A stretch of 42,971 nucleotides of DNA from a virus (lineage: Duplodnaviria; Caudoviricetes). The notes beneath the pieces are model-generated. The model saw nothing but the letters and a program-made list of their open reading frames with translations. It searched no databases and was not told where the DNA came from. Where the stretch lies: IMG/VR virus record IMGVR_UViG_3300025862_000008, positions 1-42,971 of that record; one strand, 5' to 3'. The position numbers were made by a program, and so were the translations under genes. Below, one piece after another: positions 35,165-42,339 of the stretch; positions within the stretch are counted from its first letter, which is position 1; every line of letters begins with the position of its first letter.

Positions 35165-35607
35165 CCAATGAACGTGAACGGGCCGGATTGATCCGCGCCG
35201 TGGAGCTGTTGGGGGCGCGCATCGACGAGCTTTGGAGCGATGTCGACCGGCCCGGGAAGAACCCGCGCTATTTCGACTGGCACGAGGAAGCCAACGCATG
35301 CCGTAACATCCTCCTCGCCGCTCTCGCTGAACTGGATATCGGCACACCCGTAAAAGTGCGTACCGACGGTTTCCCGTTGCTCTGCATGAACGGGTGCGGG
35401 GAGCCAAACGCGGAGGGCGCGGGTAACTTTTTCTGTCCCCGGTGTTTCGTTAAGGAGCCACGGAGTCAATGGCGAGCCGCTCAGAAGACATGGGCGGTGG
35501 AGCGGGGACTGATGGATCGCAAGGTCTGCAAGTATTGCAGTTGGCAGGAGCCGTTGACCAAGCGCTGCGTGAAATGTGGGCGGGCACCGGGCACAACGGA
35601 GACCTAA
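35161..35607 (+). CDS. double zinc-ribbon hypothetical protein
   Basis: CMNGC, CPRC, CKYC, CVKC. Confidence 0.65.
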   Translation: MTNERERAGLIRAVELLGARIDELWSDVDRPGKNPRYFDWHEEANACRNILLAALAELDIGTPVKVRTDGFPLLCMNGCGEPNAEGAGNFFCPRCFVKEPRSQWRAAQKTWAVERGLMDRKVCKYCSWQEPLTKRCVKCGRAPGTTET

Positions 35608-35614
35608 AGTAGGG

Positions 35615-35626
35615 CGTTCGCTATAG
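35615..35626 (+). promoter_or_regulatory. motif A
   Basis: Exact copy; 7 nt to ATG 35634. Confidence 0.8.
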
Positions 35627-35633
35627 ACGGGGT

Positions 35634-36106
35634 ATGTGTGATGAATGCGCTCCCTGGGCCTACTGTAAGCACCTCTTCAGATCGCGTCCTCTGACCGACG
35701 AGCACCCGACCCCGTGGTCAGTCAAGACGCACGAGAACCGCTTCAGCGGGACTGAGTACATCGTTGTCGACGCCAATGGCAAGTACGTGGCCGAAGCGAC
35801 CGAGCAGTACATCGCCCGACTGATCGCCCGCGGCCAGTTCAACGTCATCCCCCAGCCAGAGGAACCCATCTACAAGCGCGTCAGGCGACTGGAGACTGAG
35901 CTGGCGGAAGCCAAGGCTGCGATGAAGGCCGAGAACGAAAAGACCTTCCGGGAAGCCGATCAGAGGCTCAAGAAGTGTGGCGAAAAGGAGTCGAACACGT
36001 CTTCGTCCTCCGAGAGTGGGAGGAAAACATACCTTCTAATGGGGCGATGGAGAAGATCGGCAAGTACGTCTGTCATTGCGGCGCCCGGATGAGGATCGAC
36101 GCGTAG
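35634..36106 (+). CDS. hypothetical protein, probable frameshift at A4 run 35983-35986
   Basis: HPTPWSV...IVVDANG; the alternative frame gives GVEHVFVLREW...VCHCGARMRIDA*. Confidence 0.6.
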
Positions 36107-36111
36107 GTAGG

Positions 36112-36130
36112 TCATGCCCGTGAAAGGGAC
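36112..36130 (+). repeat. degenerate motif B core (TCATGCCCGTGAAAGGGAC)
   Basis: 16/19 match to the 3' part; just after a stop. Confidence 0.5.
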
Positions 36131-36197
36131 CAGCGACTCATCGATGGCGCCCGAGACCTACACCTTGTAAAGGCCCCTCGAATTACCAGGATAAGAC

Positions 36198-36209
36198 CGT
36201 TCGCTATAG
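36198..36209 (+). promoter_or_regulatory. motif A
   Basis: Exact copy; 7 nt to ATG 36217. Confidence 0.8.
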
Positions 36210-36216
36210 GCTGATC

Positions 36217-36375
36217 ATGGAAACGAACCCCCGCCTCGCCGACGAAGACCTCACCGGATGCGACTTGGCCCGAAATGTGGGCGGAGGCGTACCCGTCGCA
36301 ATCGATGAGGAAGAGCCGACGCTTGCCATCCCCGCCGAGAGCAATAGACAGGTGGTCGACGGGCGGCTCCGATGA
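36217..36375 (+). CDS. 52-aa hypothetical protein (not in ORF track)
   Basis: METNPRLADEDLTGCDLARNV... Confidence 0.55.
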   Translation: METNPRLADEDLTGCDLARNVGGGVPVAIDEEEPTLAIPAESNRQVVDGRLR

Positions 36376-36381
36376 GTGACG

Positions 36382-36409
36382 AGCCCAGCCTCACGCCCTT
36401 GAGTGGGAC
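36382..36409 (+). repeat. motif B variant (AGCCCAGCCTCACGCCCTTGAGTGGGAC)
   Basis: 22/28 match; 6 nt after a stop. Confidence 0.65.
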
Positions 36410-36581
36410 AAAGGAACGCGGGGGAGAGAACCACGGACGGGACAGTAAGCGGTTTCGCTGCTGCAACCACCCCGACCGTCCCTCGCGGTTGCCGAGTCAC
36501 TGTCTGTGCGCGGAGTGCTTCGCCGGTCTAGACGCGAAGGATGCAAGCCCTGGTACCAGCCCAACGACGCGATGGAATACG

Positions 36582-36812
36582 ATGAGCACCCTCTACGAAG
36601 AGCTGATCGACGCCGCCTCGAACGCCGCGCTCCTCGGCTACCACTTCAAGGGTGTGGGAGCAATGGATCTGTCCGAGCGGCAGCGGTACCGGGAGGCCCG
36701 TCTCCGGGCGAGGGCTGCGATCGTCCAGGAAGTACTGGTTTCGTTTGAGGGCTACCACCTGGACGCGGCCGTCAGGCTGGTCACCGGCCTCCTCCCTAGC
36801 TCTGGGGGTTAG
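36582..36812 (+). CDS. hypothetical protein
   Basis: MSTLYEELIDAASNAALLGYHF...; the ORF track extends it to 36372. Confidence 0.5.
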   Translation: MSTLYEELIDAASNAALLGYHFKGVGAMDLSERQRYREARLRARAAIVQEVLVSFEGYHLDAAVRLVTGLLPSSGG

Positions 36813-36816
36813 CAAA

Positions 36817-36939
36817 ATGAAGAAGAGCATGTTCCGTGTCAGCGACGGCAAGTGGAAGCCGCTGGATGGGACAATCTGCTATTGGAGTAAGTGCGACGGG
36901 CTACCGGGATGCGAGTGCCCCTGCCACCGTTCGCTATAG
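36817..36939 (+). CDS. 40-aa Cys-rich protein
   Basis: ...CYWSKCDGLPGCECPCHRSL*; its stop is the TAG of motif A. Confidence 0.55.
   Translation: MKKSMFRVSDGKWKPLDGTICYWSKCDGLPGCECPCHRSL
36928..36939 (+). promoter_or_regulatory. motif A
   Basis: Exact copy; 7 nt to ATG 36947. Confidence 0.8.
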
Positions 36940-36946
36940 GTAGATC

Positions 36947-37153
36947 ATGAGCAATGAAATCCGAGACCGCGCGCAGGGCTGGCGCGAGTACGTCGAGACC
37001 CTGGAGGCCGAGGCCGGCCGTCGAGATCGCGGAAGGTGCGCGATGAACTCCACGAGAAATGGCTGGACCTGGATCCAGCCTGGTCGAGCACACCGCTGGC
37101 AACACCCGTGGCGTGGGCGCCTGCCTGCGCCGGCTCATGCCCAACGCGTTTGA
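36947..37153 (+). CDS. hypothetical protein
   Basis: Start at motif A spacing; 3' part uncertain. Confidence 0.45.
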   Translation: MSNEIRDRAQGWREYVETLEAEAGRRDRGRCAMNSTRNGWTWIQPGRAHRWQHPWRGRLPAPAHAQRV

Positions 37154-37165
37154 GGGAGCTACCCA

Positions 37166-37345
37166 ATGAGAATCGTATCCAAAACTGAGCTAACCAAAAT
37201 CCTCCCGCTCGGGTCGCTCTACGAAGAGATGCAGAGGGACCCGATGGAGCCGATCCGCATCAGTCGTTTCACCTTGCGCCCGCACGATGAGGTCCCCGAG
37301 GGCGAGGTGTGGTTGGTCCCCCCTGGGTACCTGCGTTCGCTATAG
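37166..37345 (+). CDS. 59-aa hypothetical protein (not in ORF track)
   Basis: SD GGGAG; MRIVSKTELTKILPLGSLYEE...VWLVPPGYLRSL*; its stop is the TAG of motif A. Confidence 0.6.
   Translation: MRIVSKTELTKILPLGSLYEEMQRDPMEPIRISRFTLRPHDEVPEGEVWLVPPGYLRSL
37334..37345 (+). promoter_or_regulatory. motif A
   Basis: Exact copy; 6 nt to ATG 37352. Confidence 0.8.
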
Positions 37346-37351
37346 GCTGAT

Positions 37352-37858
37352 ATGTCTTGTGAACACACGGAACGCTGCTCCGGGCACTGCTGCAAGCGCT
37401 TCTATTTGCCGCTGACGCCCGAGGAGCTGCGGCACGAGGCCACGCGCGAGGATCGTGCCACCAACGTCCGCTTCCAGGTGGACGAGCTGGAGAAGGTCTA
37501 CTCCATGGTGATCCCGCTGAAGCCAGCGTCGGAGTACGAGTTCGGCGTCAACGGCGTTTCTCCGCCGCCAAAGACCGGCTGGTATTACACGTGCAAGTAC
37601 CACAACGCTGAGACCGGAGATTGTGGGAATTACGCCGATAGACCGAGGATGTGTAGCGACTACCCGTTCTACGGCAACCCCGGCAAGCGCTGCGAGTACC
37701 AGGAGTGCACCTGGGAGGACGGACGGAACCCGCCGGTACCTGTCGACCGCCAGAGCCTCGTTAGGAAGCTCCCCCGCGGCATCGAGGCCCAGCTCGAATC
37801 CTGCGCGAAGGCCCTCGAAGACGCCAAGGTTGACTGCTCGGGACCGGTGGCCGTGTAA
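37352..37858 (+). CDS. YkgJ-like (CxxCxxCC) Zn/Fe cysteine-cluster protein
   Basis: RCSGHCC...CKYH...CGNYADRPRMCSDYPF. Confidence 0.8.
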   Translation: MSCEHTERCSGHCCKRFYLPLTPEELRHEATREDRATNVRFQVDELEKVYSMVIPLKPASEYEFGVNGVSPPPKTGWYYTCKYHNAETGDCGNYADRPRMCSDYPFYGNPGKRCEYQECTWEDGRNPPVPVDRQSLVRKLPRGIEAQLESCAKALEDAKVDCSGPVAV

Positions 37859-39114
37859 TGCAACTCCCAATCGGACCCATGCTCCCGACGGTCACATTAA
37901 TGGCGGTTGGTGCTGCGATGTACTTGCTCCGCGAGATCCCGATGCGGCTGATGCACGCCATCGGCTGGGCGTCGACCGTGACCTTGACCGTCAACAACGA
38001 CGACCCCTGCTTCGACTGGCTCAACGAATGGCTTGCCACCCACTCCTACGCGAAGCGGGCCCGGACACTGAAGGTGGAGACGGGGCGGGACTCGAACGAC
38101 CATTGGACGGTCTCGCCTGGCTACGGAACCCACTGGTTCTGGGACAAGGGCCTCGTTATCATCACGCGCTCTGTCACGGAGAGCAAAGCCGTGAGCTGGA
38201 AACGCCCGGAGTCCTTCATCGTCCGGACCATCGGCCGCACCCAGGGCCAAATCCGGAAGATCATCAACTACGCTAACTTCGTTCAAAAGCAAGCGGACAG
38301 CGTCGGGATCCGGATGTGGATAGGCGGGTGCTGGACGAGGCTGCAGGGCAAGGCCAAGCGCAGCTTCGACACCGTCTACCTGCCCGAGACCACCAAGAAC
38401 GAGCTGGTCGACTGCACACGCTGGTTCTTCGATGAGCCGGAGTGGTTCGTCAAGCGCGGGATCCCCTACCGCCAGGGCTTCCTGTTCTTCGGGCCCCCGG
38501 GCACCGGCAAGACCACGGTCGTAATCGCTCTCGCCAGCAAGTTCGGCAAGCCCATCTACATCCTGAACCTGTCAACCATCAAGGACGACAACGAGCTGCT
38601 GATGGCGCTGAGCCTGGTGCCCCAGGGCGCTATCGTGCTGATCGAGGATGTGGACGCGGCGAAGGCCAGCGAGGTCAGGACCGAGGACGCGGAGCAGGTC
38701 ACCGTCGACAAGGGCGTGACGTTGTCGGGCCTCCTCAACGCCATCGACGGCGTCGCCGCGCCCGAGGGCCGGCTCCTCATCATGACCACAAACCACCCGG
38801 ACAAAATCGACCCCGCCATCGTCCGGAGCGCGCGCATCGACAAGCGTTTCTACTTCGGCCCCATGGCCAAGGAGCTGCCCATCGAAATGGCGACGCGCTT
38901 CTTCCCCGACATGAAGCCCGGGCTCCTCGACGCCATCGCCGCCATCGACAAAGAGTACCCGGCAGCGTCATGGCAGGACGCGTTCATGGCGGTCGAGCGC
39001 AGCGGCAACGTCGAGGAATTGGCCAAGGAAATTGCGATCGACCGCCCAGTGATCCAGCCCCCGCGTCCGCCCTCTGGCCCGAGTTTGGTCATGAGCGTCA
39101 TGAAGGCGGGGTAG
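37858..39114 (+). CDS. BCS1-like AAA+ ATPase
   Basis: N-terminal TM, DPCFDWLNEWL, SPGYGTHWFW, GIPYRQGFLFFGPPGTGKT, LIEDVD, VTLSGLLNAIDGV, MTTNH, DPAIVRSARID. Confidence 0.9.
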   Translation: MQLPIGPMLPTVTLMAVGAAMYLLREIPMRLMHAIGWASTVTLTVNNDDPCFDWLNEWLATHSYAKRARTLKVETGRDSNDHWTVSPGYGTHWFWDKGLVIITRSVTESKAVSWKRPESFIVRTIGRTQGQIRKIINYANFVQKQADSVGIRMWIGGCWTRLQGKAKRSFDTVYLPETTKNELVDCTRWFFDEPEWFVKRGIPYRQGFLFFGPPGTGKTTVVIALASKFGKPIYILNLSTIKDDNELLMALSLVPQGAIVLIEDVDAAKASEVRTEDAEQVTVDKGVTLSGLLNAIDGVAAPEGRLLIMTTNHPDKIDPAIVRSARIDKRFYFGPMAKELPIEMATRFFPDMKPGLLDAIAAIDKEYPAASWQDAFMAVERSGNVEELAKEIAIDRPVIQPPRPPSGPSLVMSVMKAG

Positions 39115-39116
39115 GG

Positions 39117-39128
39117 CGTTCGCTATAG
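39117..39128 (+). promoter_or_regulatory. motif A
   Basis: Exact copy 2 nt after a stop; 7 nt to ATG 39136. Confidence 0.8.
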
Positions 39129-39135
39129 GTTGATC

Positions 39136-39528
39136 ATGAACGTCCACGGCATCATCTTCGACGACGAGTGCAATGGTGAGGCCGTCAATTTTGGCGGCTT
39201 GGACTGGAAGTTGATGTGGTCGCGGTCGACTCGCTGCGAGCACGTCTTTGCGCCGGCACCGGGCAACCCCGACGAATGGCACCTTTCCGATCTGCGGGGA
39301 AAGATCGTCGAGATCCGGGCGGTCATGGGAACCGGGAGCTGCACGTCGGACGCTGACCGCGGACTCCTCGATCTGAACAGGGGCCGCCCGTTCCTGCGCG
39401 CGACCGCGCTCCTTGACATCTTGGAGCGCGCCAGCGCCGGCATCTCCCGCGCCACCGTGAGCGTGGTCCGTCTCGGGAGCCCGTACAATTTTCCGGACAA
39501 GTTCCGTGTATTCCCGGGGCTCGGCTGA
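39136..39528 (+). CDS. hypothetical protein
   Basis: MNVHGIIFDDEC...; start at motif A spacing. Confidence 0.65.
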   Translation: MNVHGIIFDDECNGEAVNFGGLDWKLMWSRSTRCEHVFAPAPGNPDEWHLSDLRGKIVEIRAVMGTGSCTSDADRGLLDLNRGRPFLRATALLDILERASAGISRATVSVVRLGSPYNFPDKFRVFPGLG

Positions 39529-39719
39529 TGAACCCTTTCGACCCAGCCGACCAGCGTTGCGGAATCATCATCGGCGTTCTGATCGGCCTCGGCTTCCTCG
39601 CATTCGTCTACGGAGAGATCCGGAGCTACGTGCTGCACCGGCGCCGGATGAAGCGCCTCCGCGCGCGGCTGCACTGGAGCCTAACCCTGCCGGCCTTCCG
39701 CGGCAAGGAGCCTCTCTGA
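39528..39719 (+). CDS. small single-TM protein
   Basis: GIIIGVLIGLGFLAFVY plus basic tail; TGATG overlaps at both ends. Confidence 0.65.
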   Translation: MNPFDPADQRCGIIIGVLIGLGFLAFVYGEIRSYVLHRRRMKRLRARLHWSLTLPAFRGKEPL

Positions 39720-40183
39720 TGGGCATCGACTTCAACGCCGTCTGCGACACCTGCGAGGTCTTCGCGAAGTGTGGCGACGGCAGCTACAGCTCCTGGCTAG
39801 TGTACTGGCAGCGGGACGACGAGGACGTCAGTGTCGAGAACTACGACGCTGCGGCGGCGCTGCCCGAGAACGCTCACTACGCCACCTACGGCAAGAACAA
39901 GAACATCCGCCACTTCCTGGCCGAGCACCGGGGCCACAAGCTCCAGCTCATCCCCGGCGACAGTGAGTCCTGGAACGACTACGGCGGCGAAGAGTTCGTG
40001 TTCGGGCTCAAGGTCGGCGAGCGCCCAGTGTCTCCCCAGTACCGTTACAAGCAGGTCCCACACCCGTACCAGTTCGGGTGTTACGGCTGCGTCGAGGGCA
40101 TCGGTGCGGACAGCGCGTCGGCGACCTACGCCGAGTTGTACTCGGGCGATTGGGAACACCCGAGCTTCGCGGTGGGCCAGTAG
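39719..40183 (+). CDS. hypothetical protein
   Basis: MGIDFNAVCDTC...FLAEHRGH. Confidence 0.65.
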   Translation: MGIDFNAVCDTCEVFAKCGDGSYSSWLVYWQRDDEDVSVENYDAAAALPENAHYATYGKNKNIRHFLAEHRGHKLQLIPGDSESWNDYGGEEFVFGLKVGERPVSPQYRYKQVPHPYQFGCYGCVEGIGADSASATYAELYSGDWEHPSFAVGQ

Positions 40184-41164
40184 ATGGGCGCCTACTACAA
40201 CGAGATCGAGCCGTATGCGGCGCAGTGGTTGAGGAATCTCATCAAGGCCGGTCACATCGCAGAAGGAGACGTGGATGAACGCAGCATCGTCGAAGTTGAA
40301 GCCGCAGACCTCCGGAAGTATGACCAGTGTCACTTCTTCGCCGGCATCGGCGTCTGGTCCTACGCTCTCCGCGCCGCAGGTTGGGGCGACGATCGGAAGG
40401 TCTGGACAGGCTCCTGCCCGTGCCAGCCGTTCAGCGTCGCGGGTCTCGGCCAAGGCTTTGCCGACGAGCGCCACATCTGGCCCGTCTGGGCCAAGCTCAT
40501 CGAGCAGTGTCGCCCTGACGTCCTCTTTGGCGAGCAGGTTGCAAACAATGACGCGCTCGCTTGGCTCGACGTTGTTCAAGCTGACCTGGAAGCTGCGCGT
40601 TACGCCGTCGGGACGATCGATCTCTGCGCTGCGGGGCTCGGTGCGCCGCATCTCAGACAGCGCCTTTGGTGGGTGGCCGACTCCGGTAGCGAACGACGAC
40701 AACAAGAGCGTGGAAGCGCACTTACGAATGAAACAGCGCATGGGCGTGAGGGACGGAACCGGCTCGAACAGAACGGCGATCACGTCGTTACAGGTCATGT
40801 CCAAGATGACGGTCTGCTTCGCGTCTTGGGCGTCGCCGCGGGCACACGATTCGGCCTCGGCCAAGAGTCCGGAGAAGGTGGCGGAACGAAAGGCGTATTC
40901 GAAAGCTACGACAGGGAAGACTCCAGGCTTTTCAAACCTGAACGAGATGGCTCTCCTGGTGTCGCCAACGGTCACTGGCGAGACTCCGACTTCGTCTGGT
41001 GCCGCGACGGCAAGTACCGGCCAGTTGAACCCGGCACATTCCCGCTGGCTCATGGGGTTACCAACCGCGTGGGACGACTGCGCGCCACCGGCAACGCGCT
41101 CGTTGCGCCGGTCGCCGAAGCGTTCGTGAGGGCGTACATGGATGTTGCTACTGGTGGTGTATAG
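40184..41164 (+). CDS. DNA (cytosine-5) methyltransferase, large (alpha) polypeptide
   Basis: FFAGIG (I), GSCPCQPFS (IV), GEQV (VI), [10 protein letters not shown] (VIII), GNALVAPVA (X); no motif IX in this frame. Confidence 0.92.
   Translation: MGAYYNEIEPYAAQWLRNLIKAGHIAEGDVDERSIVEVEAADLRKYDQCHFFAGIGVWSYALRAAGWGDDRKVWTGSCPCQPFSVAGLGQGFADERHIWPVWAKLIEQCRPDVLFGEQVANNDALAWLDVVQADLEAARYAVGTIDLCAAGLGAPHLRQRLWWVADSGSERRQQERGSALTNETAHGREGRNRLEQNGDHVVTGHVQDDGLLRVLGVAAGTRFGLGQESGEGGGTKGVFESYDREDSRLFKPERDGSPGVANGHWRDSDFVWCRDGKYRPVEPGTFPLAHGVTNRVGRLRATGNALVAPVAEAFVRAYMDVATGGV
40275..41129 (+). CDS. overprinted +1-frame ORF: putative beta polypeptide (TRD and motif IX) of the methyltransferase
   Basis: [35 protein letters not shown]; true start uncertain. 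Confidence 0.7.
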   Translation: MNAASSKLKPQTSGSMTSVTSSPASASGPTLSAPQVGATIGRSGQAPARASRSASRVSAKALPTSATSGPSGPSSSSSVALTSSLASRLQTMTRSLGSTLFKLTWKLRVTPSGRSISALRGSVRRISDSAFGGWPTPVANDDNKSVEAHLRMKQRMGVRDGTGSNRTAITSLQVMSKMTVCFASWASPRAHDSASAKSPEKVAERKAYSKATTGKTPGFSNLNEMALLVSPTVTGETPTSSGAATASTGQLNPAHSRWLMGLPTAWDDCAPPATRSLRRSPKRS

Positions 41165-41269
41165 GTGTATGAACCGGATAAGCATGATTGTTTCACCGAA
41201 GACGGCATCGGCTTCGACAGCGAGTACGGCGAGCGCCGCGAGCGCTTCCTGCTGCTGGGCCAGTAACCC

Positions 41270-41524
41270 ATGGCCCTCACCCCCTGCTCCCACCCGCACC
41301 TGAAGTTCAAGAACCAGGGCGCGGTCTTGGCCTGCGTCGACTGCCCGCGGGTCTACCACATGCTAATGCCGCAAATCGGCGCCCTGTACGGCGGCATCCC
41401 CGACGTCTGCTACAACCACCCCCAGCTCAGCGAGATCGAGGGCCGCCACGCCCCCTACGCGTCTCCCCGCTTGCTGCCGTTGCCCAAGCCCCCGGCGAAG
41501 GCCGTGGCCCCAAGGAAGAAATGA
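41270..41524 (+). CDS. small zinc-binding hypothetical protein
   Basis: CSHPH...CVDC; ATGA overlap with the next gene. Confidence 0.6.
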   Translation: MALTPCSHPHLKFKNQGAVLACVDCPRVYHMLMPQIGALYGGIPDVCYNHPQLSEIEGRHAPYASPRLLPLPKPPAKAVAPRKK

Positions 41525-41886
41525 AACACCCACACCCACACCCGCACCCACACCCACACCCGTGGTCGTTCCGGCCCGAGGACGAAGCCTACGACGACGA
41601 GGGCGCGTTCCTGGACGCTGACGGCATCGAAATCTGCGACTTCGGCCGCTCCACCCCGTACGATTCGGTCTCGGGCAAGGCGCCTGCCGAGCCCTACGCC
41701 ACAATGATGACGCTGGCGCCGGAGATGGAGGACATCCTGCGCGAGATGTACGGATCGCAGGCGATTGCGATGGATGGCGAGACCGATGAGGCGCGCAGGC
41801 ATCGGCGGGACGGAATGCGTCGAGGCTTCGAGAAGATCGCCCCATTGCTCGCCCGCATCGACAACGCCCGAAAGGCCGCAACATGA
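41521..41886 (+). CDS. hypothetical protein with N-terminal (HP)6 tract
   Basis: MK(HP)6WSF...LAPEMEDIL. Confidence 0.65.
   Translation: MKHPHPHPHPHPHPWSFRPEDEAYDDEGAFLDADGIEICDFGRSTPYDSVSGKAPAEPYATMMTLAPEMEDILREMYGSQAIAMDGETDEARRHRRDGMRRGFEKIAPLLARIDNARKAAT
41527..41562 (+). repeat. (CACCCR)6 tandem repeat
   Basis: Two identical 18-mers CACCCACACCCACACCCG. Confidence 0.9.
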
Positions 41887-42173
41887 AATGCCCCAATCCC
41901 AGCTGCGGATCGACCAAGGCCTACGTCGGCGCATTCGTGGTCGAATGCCCCAACCAGGTCTGTGGCCACTTCTCGGAAAAGCTCCGAGCCGAGCAGAAGG
42001 TCGAGTTCTGGAAGGACATCGACCAGAAGTTGGCAGCGACTATGCCCGCGGCGCCGCGGCAAGCCGTGGTGGTGTCGCCGCCGATCGCGATCCCGTCGAG
42101 ACCCGTGACGATCCCGGACCTCTCGGAGGCCCAGCGTAAGTATGCCGCGACGAAGGGCATCGTCATGGACTAG
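41883..42173 (+). CDS. zinc-ribbon hypothetical protein
   Basis: CPNPSC...CPNQVC. Confidence 0.65.
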   Translation: MKCPNPSCGSTKAYVGAFVVECPNQVCGHFSEKLRAEQKVEFWKDIDQKLAATMPAAPRQAVVVSPPIAIPSRPVTIPDLSEAQRKYAATKGIVMD

Positions 42174-42319
42174 TCGCAGCCGGCCGAAGACCCCCAAGCT
42201 GACCAGGCCCCTCATCCACTCATCATGGAGACCCGCAAGTCCCTGATTCGGGTCTGGCTCATGAAGTCCGACTTCGAGTACGTGCTGTAGCCCGGTCGTA
42301 AGCCCCGGGGCAACCGGGG

Positions 42320-42331
42320 CGTTCGCTATAG
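42320..42331 (+). promoter_or_regulatory. motif A, preceded by GC hairpin 42302-42320
   Basis: Exact copy; 8 nt to ATG 42340. Confidence 0.8.
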
Positions 42332-42339
42332 ACCTGGTC

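Noticed and set aside
30986-37190. Repeated 12-mer CCAAAACTGAGC (30986 and 37179)
   Set aside because: Only two copies, both in coding sequence; chance 12-mer repeats are expected at this length
41184-41190. Extra CAATCAT on the minus strand
   Set aside because: Antisense to plus-strand genes with no credible downstream gene; consistent with chance
39797-41359. 520-aa minus-strand ORF over the methyltransferase
   Set aside because: Antisense shadow with no recognisable domain, opposite two meaningful sense frames
29797-42331. Classical integron with attC sites
   Set aside because: Junctions are about 20 nt, lack the long attC palindromes, and GTTCGCT does not match GTTRRRY; kept only as an analogy
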